Shown here: positions 17,246-26,200 of the stretch, one piece after another | Layout of the letters: every line of letters starts with the position of its first letter | How positions within the stretch are numbered: the first letter of the stretch is position 1 | Virus record (IMG/VR): IMGVR_UViG_3300045988_154997 | Location: 37,871-101,870 of that record | Origin: a virus | Taxonomy: Duplodnaviria; Heunggongvirae; Uroviricota; Caudoviricetes | Length of the DNA: 64,000 bases | Reading direction: 5' to 3' (one strand) | The notes under the pieces: generated by a model | Told to the model about the DNA's origin: nothing | Databases searched by the model: none | Seen by the model: only the letters and a program-made list of their open reading frames with translations | Program-made: the position numbers and the translations under genes

Positions 17246-17965
17246 CTACTTCAGCTTTTCTTTGACAAGAAGATAACCATCATCAGGTGTACTCATTTTG
17301 TAAACCTCGATGCTCGTGTCTAGCTGTGTCCGGGCATATTCTTCTACTTCAGGAGAAACGTTATACCCAAGAATGATCTCTCTAATATATTTCTTATCAA
17401 ATGCCTGAGCGCCTATTTTTTTAGTAATAACCCTTTGTTCTTCCTCATATTTCCAGCATTCGTGCTTGTAGAAAAAGAGCTTATCAAAAAGTACCTTAAA
17501 CTCATCTGTAACTTCATCGAACACGGGAACAGAAGGTATATATTTCACATTATCAAAGCTGTGATACCCCTCAATAGAGGTAACAAAATCATCATCAAAG
17601 CCTATGCAGAAACCTTTATGCGACACTGAGTAATGTGACCACATCAAGATGTTATCTTCGTTTGGTGACAAGCACACCACACCAAAAGCCCCTAATGATT
17701 CTTTCCGCAAATCCACAGCCAACGATTTTGCAGCTTCAGGAGCTACAGCATCCCAGTCTTCAAAGGAAAAATCCTTACATCCATTGTCTTCAAAGTGTTT
17801 CCGGCGCTCCACTTCTGTACCTCCCATCGTTATCGAAACTTTGAACTCTGATGGGTCGTTGAATGAAGAAGGTGCGCTAGCAGAGATAGTGCCGTCCTCT
17901 ACAAACCGTTTGAGGTTACGTAACACTTTTTGCGAATCTTCACTTCCAATATATTTGTAGAGCAT
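17246..17965 (-). CDS. DUF2971-like protein
   Basis: First ATG gives MLYKYIGSED...SSFNDPSEF...NILMWSHYSVSHKGFCIGFD; the LYKY / FNDP / MWSHY pattern matches my recollection of DUF2971. Track start 18004 is TTG. Confidence 0.45.
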   Translation of the reverse strand: MLYKYIGSEDSQKVLRNLKRFVEDGTISASAPSSFNDPSEFKVSITMGGTEVERRKHFEDNGCKDFSFEDWDAVAPEAAKSLAVDLRKESLGAFGVVCLSPNEDNILMWSHYSVSHKGFCIGFDDDFVTSIEGYHSFDNVKYIPSVPVFDEVTDEFKVLFDKLFFYKHECWKYEEEQRVITKKIGAQAFDKKYIREIILGYNVSPEVEEYARTQLDTSIEVYKMSTPDDGYLLVKEKLK

Positions 17966-18009
17966 TAGGGAACCTATAGAAAGAGGTGCCAAGCAGCACC
18001 TCAATAAAA

Positions 18010-18369
18010 TTAACCTTTCTTCATCAACTCGCGTTTGATTTCATCGGTACGCATCGTGACGTCGGCAGCAGTGATCGCCTCGTTAAGTTTCACGATATCC
18101 TCGATTTCCTGCGGCGACTTCTCTGCCAGATGGAAAATAGCAGCACGAATCACATCAGAGCGGGTGAATTTCTCGAAGCGAGGGATGAACTTCATCATCT
18201 CCAGCAGTTCGAAGTATTCGTCTTCCAGTGACATTGTGCGGCTTTTAATTTTCTCTTTGCCACGAGTCGGGCGTCCCTGTGGTCTGACTGGTTGGCGCAA
18301 AGGAGTTGTGTTCTTAGCCGGTGCATCAGGCTCTTTGCGCTTTGCTAGGTCACCCATTTTCATGGACAT
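18010..18369 (-). CDS. small partition partner protein (ParG/ParB-like, putative)
   Basis: 119 aa, basic N-terminus then helical C-terminus; directly downstream of ParA with a 1-nt overlap, as in type Ib partition operons. Confidence 0.45.
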   Translation of the reverse strand: MSMKMGDLAKRKEPDAPAKNTTPLRQPVRPQGRPTRGKEKIKSRTMSLEDEYFELLEMMKFIPRFEKFTRSDVIRAAIFHLAEKSPQEIEDIVKLNEAITAADVTMRTDEIKRELMKKG

Positions 18370-19037
18370 TATTCTTCTTCCTCCAGACTCAACAGATAAT
18401 CTACAAATTCTTCAAACTCGGCTTCCGCCTTTTTGTCGCGCTCGCTACCGGTCATTTCAAAGATAGAACGACCAGACTCTTCCGCATCATCGTAGACGTT
18501 GCGGTTATATAGATTGACAGGCGCAGACTCGATGCCAAACGTCTCGACAATCTCTTTAGCCGCCAGAATGCGAGACACTTGTGATGGCAAAGCCGGGCAC
18601 TGGTTCATGACCGCGCGGACCTTCACTTTATCGTTTACATTGCGAACATTGTCGATAATAGGATCGATGTCACGTAAAGATTTCAAATCACGACGCTTAG
18701 GACGCAGCGGGATAATGATAACGTCAGCCATCAGCATCGCTTGTCGCTGAATTTCGGAGTCGAAGCCACCAGCATCTACCACTACATACTCAGCTCTACC
18801 CTGAAGCGATTTTAGGTGCTTAATGATGTCATCCTGAACGTATGCAAAAGGAATCAGCTCAAGGTCTTCGTTCTGTCGACGGTCTTCACACCAGCTCGTT
18901 GTCGTGCGCTGAATATCTATATCGGTGATATAAACCTTCTTCTTCTTTTTGACTTTCAGGCAAACGGCAATTTGCTGGGCAACGGTGGATTTGCCAGGCC
19001 CGCCCTTTGTGCCGCCAACCACAAAGATCTTGGTCAT
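18369..19037 (-). CDS. parA: ParA-family partition ATPase
   Basis: Deviant Walker A GGTKGGPGKST at the N-terminus, ~220 aa, acidic C-terminal tail. Confidence 0.8.
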   Translation of the reverse strand: MTKIFVVGGTKGGPGKSTVAQQIAVCLKVKKKKKVYITDIDIQRTTTSWCEDRRQNEDLELIPFAYVQDDIIKHLKSLQGRAEYVVVDAGGFDSEIQRQAMLMADVIIIPLRPKRRDLKSLRDIDPIIDNVRNVNDKVKVRAVMNQCPALPSQVSRILAAKEIVETFGIESAPVNLYNRNVYDDAEESGRSIFEMTGSERDKKAEAEFEEFVDYLLSLEEEE

Positions 19038-19073
19038 TGGAGAGTTCCCTTTGCGTATATAATTATCGTCTGA

Positions 19074-19100
19074 AACAACTTGTTTTCTTATATGTGATAT
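19074..19100. promoter_or_regulatory. conserved promoter/operator element (AACAACTTGTTTTCTTATATGTGATAT)
   Basis: Copy of the AACAAnTTGTTTTCT element ~40 nt upstream of parA. Confidence 0.45.
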
Positions 19101-19172
19101 AGCCTAAATGCCTACGGCTGTGGTGTAAAGGTTTAATGATAGGTACATAGATTTGGTAAGGACTTAATAACA

Positions 19173-19197
19173 AAAAACCCGCCGTAGCGGGTTTAGG
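19173..19197. terminator. rho-independent terminator (AACCCGC-CGTA-GCGGGTT), minus strand
   Basis: Hairpin followed by a T-run on the minus strand, 3 nt after the stop of the 19200..19976 gene. Confidence 0.6.
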
Positions 19198-19199
19198 AA

Positions 19200-19976
19200 T
19201 TAGTGGTTGGTAGACCTGGCATCAAATGTTGTAACGCCCACTTCAATGTGGCGGTCTTCTTTGGAGATGATGGTGAGAATCTGACTAGATGGGTCTATGC
19301 TGACAGCCATAGGGTTCCAGTGACGTAACTGAGCCTCGCTGTTCAATAGCAGCGCATCCCACGGTTTGACGCCATTCTGCCCAATACCACCTTCAACAAG
19401 GACATCTATAAATTCTTTATTTAAATTGTCATAGATTTGGACACGCCCGACCAGAAGCATACCGACCGCCCAAATTCTGGCACCGTAAACCGTCTGATGG
19501 TCATCACATACCACATGGTCATGCCAATTGAGAAGGAAATTGTAAACTCTTCTAGCAAGTCCCTTTTGTTCCTTTGAAGGGGTTACAAATGCCCCTTTGA
19601 TCTGGACACCAAGGTGAGAGCCTTTTTGTGAGCGAAACTGGAAACGTTTGTAGACGAACCTGGCAATCTGAATGCCGTCATCATCTTCTTGTTCATCACC
19701 AACTAACTCACGAACACTATGAACTATCTCTGCTTCTGAATACCCCTGCTCGTCAAGATCCATTGCATGTTCTTGAAGCCAATCTGCATCAGGGTCGCCT
19801 ACAAATGATACTGTCAAACAGTAATCATAATTAGATCCCGTCAAGGACCATTCTGTGAGCCGTAAAACAGAAAAATCAGAGTTAACCATGTAGCCAACTC
19901 TGATTTTCTCTCTTGCTTCACATTCAGGGAAATCAGACAGAACTTTTGAATACTCTGCTATGAATGATGGTGACAT
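19200..19976 (-). CDS. hypothetical protein
   Basis: 258 aa ORF with an acidic stretch EQEDDDG; no motif recognised. Confidence 0.45.
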   Translation of the reverse strand: MSPSFIAEYSKVLSDFPECEAREKIRVGYMVNSDFSVLRLTEWSLTGSNYDYCLTVSFVGDPDADWLQEHAMDLDEQGYSEAEIVHSVRELVGDEQEDDDGIQIARFVYKRFQFRSQKGSHLGVQIKGAFVTPSKEQKGLARRVYNFLLNWHDHVVCDDHQTVYGARIWAVGMLLVGRVQIYDNLNKEFIDVLVEGGIGQNGVKPWDALLLNSEAQLRHWNPMAVSIDPSSQILTIISKEDRHIEVGVTTFDARSTNH

Positions 19977-20375
19977 TTAGTTCGCAAGCCGCATATCCGT
20001 AGATGAATCCAGTTTCGCTATTTTAACATCTACGCGGTATTTATCTTTGATAAATTTAGCTATTTTGCTTTCAATCTCATAGAAAGCATCCTGTTCACAA
20101 CGCACAACATCGGGAAACTGTTTTTCTGGCTTAACAAGAAAACGTAACCGATTGTTGAGCACCATCATTTCTGCAAACAATTTGATGGTAAACTTGCCTT
20201 CTTCAACGTCACTTTTAAGGTTAACGATGAAACGCTGATCCTTAAGCATACCCGGTTTGTTCATTTCACGAATTTGGAGCGAGTCATTCCAATGCCGCAA
20301 CGGAACCGATGCGATCATCTTGGTACAGTCTCTTATCGTCTGAATAGAACGAGATGCGTTAAGTGCAGTATGCAT
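19977..20375 (-). CDS. hypothetical protein
   Basis: 132 aa ORF abutting the previous gene. Confidence 0.45.
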   Translation of the reverse strand: MHTALNASRSIQTIRDCTKMIASVPLRHWNDSLQIREMNKPGMLKDQRFIVNLKSDVEEGKFTIKLFAEMMVLNNRLRFLVKPEKQFPDVVRCEQDAFYEIESKIAKFIKDKYRVDVKIAKLDSSTDMRLAN

Positions 20376-20549
20376 GTTTCCACCTTAGCCGGTAATAACT
20401 TTATGTCATAGCGGCGACCTTGTCGGTTTAGAGGCTACGAGTATGCGTCGATTTATTAAAACAAGGTATGATTTACTTGACATCCATGCTTCAAATCTAC
20501 CTTGTGCTCTAATAATATGCAAATTTTATGTTAGAAAATTCCGCTTTTA

Positions 20550-20789
20550 TTATGGCACTTTTCTGCCCCATCCACACAATCGCTCCCCTATCATATTGTG
20601 AAAAAGTACTTCCCTTTCAGTCTCTTCGGTCATGAGATCATCACGGCTGATGTATAGCGGTGTAGCCGCATCGCAGAAAAGCACACCAGAGGATTGAGGC
20701 TTAATCACGCAACCACTTATTGTGCAACTCATGATGAACAGTAGAAGCATCTTTGCGCCGTAACTCATCAAGTGTTTCATTTTTGACAT
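20550..20789 (-). CDS. outer-membrane spanin (Rz1-like lipoprotein), overlapping the i-spanin
   Basis: Internal start MSKMKHLMSYGAKMLLLFIMSCTISGC gives a signal peptide and lipobox; the frame overlaps the 3' part of the i-spanin gene. Confidence 0.45.
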   Translation of the reverse strand: MSKMKHLMSYGAKMLLLFIMSCTISGCVIKPQSSGVLFCDAATPLYISRDDLMTEETEREVLFHNMIGERLCGWGRKVP

Positions 20790-20952
20790 CCACTGTGCTT
20801 TGAAGTCGTTTCCTGTCTTCCTGTTTTGCCTTCTCTTCCATTGCTCGTCGCGCCGCATTTCCGCCCATCGTGTAAGCGCCGACCAGAACGAAAAGAACGG
20901 CAGCCAGCGTAATCAAAGCAACTTTTAGCTTTGTCATCAGGCTGCCTAGCAT
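20701..20952 (-). CDS. inner-membrane spanin (Rz-like)
   Basis: 83 aa; N-terminal TM segment ALITLAAVLFVLVGAY followed by charged coiled-coil; directly downstream of the endolysin. Confidence 0.5.
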   Translation of the reverse strand: MLGSLMTKLKVALITLAAVLFVLVGAYTMGGNAARRAMEEKAKQEDRKRLQSTVDVKNETLDELRRKDASTVHHELHNKWLRD

Positions 20953-20953
20953 A

Positions 20954-21673
20954 TTAGACCATCCCTTTCTGGTGTCTTCTTACCTGCGACCAGGCGATAA
21001 ATCCAGCCACAACAATAGTGGCAATACCGAAGATGATGCGTACTGTATCCCCACTAGAGATATGACCTTGTGCTTTATCCATAGCAGCGGAAACCTGCGG
21101 CATAACATCGGCCAGCTGCGCCAGACCAATACCTGCTGTAACAGTTGCGCCTGCTGTTTCTTTAGTTACAGGAACAGCCTTCACGGTTTTCACCGGCTTA
21201 ACGACGCCAGCTCGACGCAGACCTTCCTCAATAACTTCTGCCGCATACCAGGTGTTCAGCGTTTTTAGCGGACCTCGCCCATTCTCATGGCGAATGATTG
21301 CCTCAACCAAAGGTCGAAGAATGTCGTAATCATGCAGATCGATGATCATGTCTGCGGTTACACCAACGGCTTTAGACACCTCATTAATGTAGGCGTCAGT
21401 GTTGTTTTCATTCGGCGGTGCCCAACGTTCAATAACTTCACGAATGGTATCGATACTTGAGCCGTCTTTTGCGCGACGTTTGTCGTGGTAGGTAATTAGA
21501 GTCACCGCCAGCGCACGAATCCCCCAAACAGGGTCTTTAAACGTGCAAAAGCGCGGTTCGTCTGGATTCGCAACCAGACCTTGCCACGGTGATCCTTTAT
21601 CAAGATTACCGGGGTTATTATTACGAATGCCTCTCGGAGTCTTCATCCTTGATCTCCTGTTATTGCAGTCCAT
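20954..21673 (-). CDS. putative endolysin (peptidoglycan hydrolase) with C-terminal TM segment
   Basis: Position in the lysis cassette; N-terminal GIRNNNPGNL motif (recalled from phage lysins, unverified); C-terminal hydrophobic VRIIFGIATIVVAGFIAW. Confidence 0.45.
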   Translation of the reverse strand: MDCNNRRSRMKTPRGIRNNNPGNLDKGSPWQGLVANPDEPRFCTFKDPVWGIRALAVTLITYHDKRRAKDGSSIDTIREVIERWAPPNENNTDAYINEVSKAVGVTADMIIDLHDYDILRPLVEAIIRHENGRGPLKTLNTWYAAEVIEEGLRRAGVVKPVKTVKAVPVTKETAGATVTAGIGLAQLADVMPQVSAAMDKAQGHISSGDTVRIIFGIATIVVAGFIAWSQVRRHQKGMV

Positions 21674-21995
21674 TTTTTACGCCATACGCGGCTAACCCCA
21701 AAAGCAGTGCAGTAATAAAGAACGACGTTATTTTAGAAACAATGCCGCCAAAGAACCCACTGGAGATGGAATCTAACCGGTTAAGGAGTTTGTCCAGATT
21801 GGAGTGTTGAATACTATGTTGCGCCGGGGTCATATCACCAAAGTAGGTTTTCAGCTGATCATTGACCTCCTGGCCAATTTCTTCACGTAGCTCTTTACCT
21901 AATTTGCCAACAACCTCCCGAGCAACGATCGCGGCAATACGCTCAACTTGCTCTGTTGTAACGCTCGCCATCTCGTTCGACATGTTTTCCTCCAT
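21660..21995 (-). CDS. holin-like membrane protein (putative)
   Basis: 111 aa with C-terminal TM segment SKITSFFITALLLGLAAYGV; directly upstream of and overlapping the endolysin. Confidence 0.35.
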   Translation of the reverse strand: MEENMSNEMASVTTEQVERIAAIVAREVVGKLGKELREEIGQEVNDQLKTYFGDMTPAQHSIQHSNLDKLLNRLDSISSGFFGGIVSKITSFFITALLLGLAAYGVKNGLQ

Positions 21996-22051
21996 GAAAA
22001 GTCAAATCGGGATGGCGGATTTATATCACATTTCACCCTTTTGTTGTAGGT

Positions 22052-22069
22052 GTGTACTTACCTATCATT
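22052..22069. promoter_or_regulatory. dispersed motif copy GTGTACTTACCTATCATT
   Basis: Upstream (~60 nt) of the holin-like gene start. Confidence 0.4.
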
Positions 22070-22298
22070 CAGCATTGCAACGAACTGATGAGAAAGCACC
22101 TACTCCTACCCATCGCCAGTTATAGATGCTACCCGCTTTGTATAAGGTATAGTCGTTCACTTTTTTAACAGCATATATGGGTATGACTGTCTCCTGTCCA
22201 CCAATGATAGCCTCACCGTAACATATAGGTGTCGGCAATTTCTGGCAGCCAGTAAGAGAGAGAACAACAGCTATTGTTAGAAATAATCTTTTCATCAT
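22065..22298 (-). CDS. small lipoprotein, candidate superinfection-exclusion (Cor/Llp-like role)
   Basis: 77 aa, lipobox MMKRLFLTIAVVLSLTGC; sits between the tail-fibre genes and the lysis genes. Confidence 0.5.
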   Translation of the reverse strand: MMKRLFLTIAVVLSLTGCQKLPTPICYGEAIIGGQETVIPIYAVKKVNDYTLYKAGSIYNWRWVGVGAFSSVRCNAE

Positions 22299-22305
22299 TT
22301 ACTCA

Positions 22306-22914
22306 TCAGTTATACAGATTTCTATTTATTACCGGTACTCTGCCATTTACGCTAAAACTATGGCCGCCATTAAGTTGGTTTACGAATATCGAGCTAACAG
22401 TATTTCCATATGCCGCATATCCATAAACCATTGTCATGGCCCCGCCCGGTACTGGAACCGCGAACACATTTGCATATGTTGGGATTATCGCTGGCGGGTA
22501 ATCAAAAACATGCCCTCCAGAACTGTTCCACTCCGTATTATTAAGAAAGGTAAATGAAAGTGGGATATTTGCCGTATTATAGATCTCCTCTCCTCGCGCA
22601 TTGAAAAAACTCATGCCCCAAGTTTCTTTTTTGGCTATACCTTTCGAAAATACGTATATCGTGGCACTAGAATCGCTACCCTGACCTCCGAAACTGTAAA
22701 TCACCTGGTTGTTACGCACTATTCTGTTGGCTATTAATGAAACAGCTTTCGAATAGGCAACAAAAATCATCGGTGAACGATCTGGAGATATTTGGGTGTT
22801 AAACTCTGTCCCGCCAGACAAAGAAACAACCTGCTTTCTCTGAAAAACGATAGGAGACAAAGAAGGAGACATCCAGACCTTCCCGTCAGATCGATATATC
22901 TTGCTTCCGTACAT
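22306..22914 (-). CDS. tail fibre-associated protein (hypothetical)
   Basis: 202 aa, Gly/Ser/Asn-rich; coupled (TAATG overlap) to the upstream 84-aa gene, downstream of the tail fibre. Confidence 0.4.
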   Translation of the reverse strand: MYGSKIYRSDGKVWMSPSLSPIVFQRKQVVSLSGGTEFNTQISPDRSPMIFVAYSKAVSLIANRIVRNNQVIYSFGGQGSDSSATIYVFSKGIAKKETWGMSFFNARGEEIYNTANIPLSFTFLNNTEWNSSGGHVFDYPPAIIPTYANVFAVPVPGGAMTMVYGYAAYGNTVSSIFVNQLNGGHSFSVNGRVPVINRNLYN

Positions 22915-23168
22915 TATTTTTGAAAAACCAATATGTTTAAATTGCCACTAGCTCCAGACCATGAAATGGTATTTCCAGAAACCGTAAGACTTGTGTATTT
23001 CCCATTGGTTACGTCCATTATGTAATAGTCGATTCCCAATCCCGCCTCAACCTCATATGTTCTACTTCCTGAACCAGAGGGAGTAAAATAATCGAGGTAA
23101 TAAACAGGGGCCAACGCATCGACCATCTCCTGTCTTGATGGCGACCAAACCTGTGCACCATAGCTCAT
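22914..23168 (-). CDS. hypothetical protein (tail fibre region)
   Basis: 84 aa ORF directly downstream of the tail fibre gene. Confidence 0.4.
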   Translation of the reverse strand: MSYGAQVWSPSRQEMVDALAPVYYLDYFTPSGSGSRTYEVEAGLGIDYYIMDVTNGKYTSLTVSGNTISWSGASGNLNILVFQK

Positions 23169-23228
23169 AAATATATCCTTATACTTTTAAGCAGGGGCTG
23201 GTTTAGTTCCAGCCCCGATTGAAGTTGT

Positions 23229-26200
23229 TTATTCTTTAGGTGAATTTAACTTCGTTTCAAGCTCCTCAACCCTTTTGGTCAATTGCTGAATATGATGAAT
23301 GAGTGGTACAACCAAACGCTCATACATCACTCCTTCAGCGACCATACCATTTGAGGAAATATCTCCTGGAGAATCATTATTTGTTGGTTCACGCCAATGG
23401 ACATATTGCGGGGCAATCTCACCAACCTCTTCAGCAATAAGGCCGTAATACCCCCAATCCTTTCGGTCACCTCGACAAATTGAACGATACCAAACAGGTC
23501 TTAATGACAAAAGTTCATCAGCATATCGATCTTGTAATGTTTCAATATCCTTTTTATAGCGCCTTGAAGATGTTGAACGCCAAACTGTATTGATACCTGG
23601 GTTTGGATCAATGTACATATTGGCACCGCTAGTAGTTGTGCCAATATCCCATATAGCAAACCCTCCACTACCGCCTGATTTGACAACCAGTGTTTCAGCA
23701 ATAATATCCAGGTTGCCACTATAGCCTGTCAGTGATGATCTGCTTGCATAGGAACTTAGAAGGTTTGTTACCTCTGTTTTCGTATAAGCATTAAGGTTAG
23801 CCGCAGTCAAAGTAATATCGGCAGAGCCATCAAACGCCACACCAGCAATTTTCCTTGCTGTCTGCAATTTTGTGGCTGTTGCGGCATTACCAGTAGTATT
23901 CTGATTACCGGTTGTATTCACACCAGGGATTGAATCCTTAGCGGTATATACCTGCGCCCACGCTGACCATGCCGCATCAGTGGTATCTCTTCTGGAGCGA
24001 ATGAAAACCGGCGCATGTGCACCGCTCGTACCACTCCAGCCAATAAGCAACTCGCCCTCACCAGCAGCACTCGCACCTTTCATGTGCAATACGTTGCCAT
24101 ACGTGGTCGGGTAGCTATTGTTGTACGCCTCGTACATTTGAATGCCAGCAGTACCTTGAGTAGAACCGCTTAAAGCCGTAACTCGACCACGAGAAACCAA
24201 TGTATTAATATTGATATCACCTGAACCATCAAACTTAACACCATTGATGTTTCTCGCTGTTTGCAACTTCGTAGCTGTTGAAGCATTGCCATTCAAGCTA
24301 CCATTTACGCCACCAGTAACATTTAGTCCATTACCAATAGACACAACACCGCTGCTATTATTAATTATAATCGGTCGCAAACTGTTCCATGAACCTAACG
24401 TATCTCCTGATGCTGTTAGCATGAAATATGTGCTGCCGCCGTCATTACGGATAAAGAACCCGTAGTTACCGTAAGCAATGCGGAAACCATTTGCATATTT
24501 TGAAACGATCTCACCAGAAGACGTTAACCCTCCAGATAATGTGCCACCTGAAAGCGGTAATGCTCCTACATCAGAAGCTGTTGGTTTGTTTCTAGTGTTA
24601 TAAGAACGACGCCAGCCTGGTGCATAATCACTTCCATTGTACACATAAATAAATTCCGCATTGTTAACACCACCATGACCCGATGTTGTTGTCGTTGTAA
24701 CACGAATAGTGTAGTGGCTTGTTGCCTTATTACTAAACACCTCAATCACGGAACCAGATAGATCGATCCTACCGCAACCAGTGTCGTCTATATAATTATT
24801 GTTGGCGTAAGTCCATGAGCACCGTGCGATCCAATGTTTGTTTGTAAATGCCCCCTGATTATTTAGCCAAGTTATAAATTGAGCAGTCGTAAATGCCGTT
24901 CCGTTACCACTATTTAACCATCCAGCGGCAGCGGTTGGCGCGTTTATATCAGCCGGCTGAGGCATAAATCCAGTCGTGTAAACCTGCTCCCAACCACTTT
25001 CAAAACCATAGCCATCTCTTGAGGAACGGTAGAACAGACCACCATTTTTATAGTGAGCTTTAATTTGAAGCGTACGGCAACTACCTACACCGGTATAAAA
25101 GTTGGCAAGAATATAACTGTCGCCTGTTCTAGTTACATTGTAAGCACCAGATTCAGCATTCCACGGCACGCCACCATCAGCATCCGCATATGACCCTGTT
25201 GCCCTTCTTGCGAAAGCGGCAACATGCGCAGCGGTTAAAGTGATATCAGTAGAACCATCAAATGGAACACCGGATATTTTTCTTGCAGTCTGAAGTTTTG
25301 TAGCAGTTGCAGCATTACCAGTGGTGTTCTGATTACCCGTAGTGTTTACACCTGGAAGGTTGATATTTGCAGAACCGTCGAAACCAACTCCACCGATAGA
25401 TCTTGCCGTCTGCAATTTCGTTGCTGTACTTGCATTACCATTTAATGTTCCGGTGATCCCACCAGTAACAGACAACGGACCTGAAACTGTTCCTCCGGTT
25501 GTTGGCAGTGCTCCAATATCTAACGGCGTCGGTTTCTGATGTGTGCTATACATCGTATAAACAACACCATCGGTAACGCTGGAAGGCTTACTCGCTGAAT
25601 ATGTTGGCGATGTATAAATAGAAACTGACGCATTTGCAGTACAATCCCAATGGATATTTACACTCGTCGCATAATTGCCAATTTCAACGTAAATATCATA
25701 TGTATCGCCGGATGTGTTGATCCAGGCGAAATTCGTTAATCCGACAGCTGTACGCTTCCACAAAGCACCTGTAATCCCTTTGGGGTTTCCATTGCCTGCT
25801 CGTAGAACCAGTTCTGAAATGCCTGCCTGATGTGGGGAGCCGACGTTGTAACCAGCGCCACCAATCAATGCGATGTAAACGATGGAACTCGCTTGTGGCA
25901 TTGTAACAGTAGCCAGTTTGAACCACCCGGCCCCGCCAGAGAAAGACATCGTTATTGAATTTAAAGTACCAATATCTTTCGGCGTTAATGTGATATCCGC
26001 AGTCAGTGCTTTCCCGTTAATTTTTCGGTTAGATGGCACCCTGCTGTTCGCATTGTCATTGACTACTTTAACTGCTTTTGGCGTTGCGGCCAGCGATTCA
26101 CTGGTGCTGTCGACAGCACTGCTAAGTTTCACAACACCTTTAGTTGTAAGGCTTGCGTCTTCCATCGCAACTGCACCGGCAATCTCTTCAGCACGATCAG

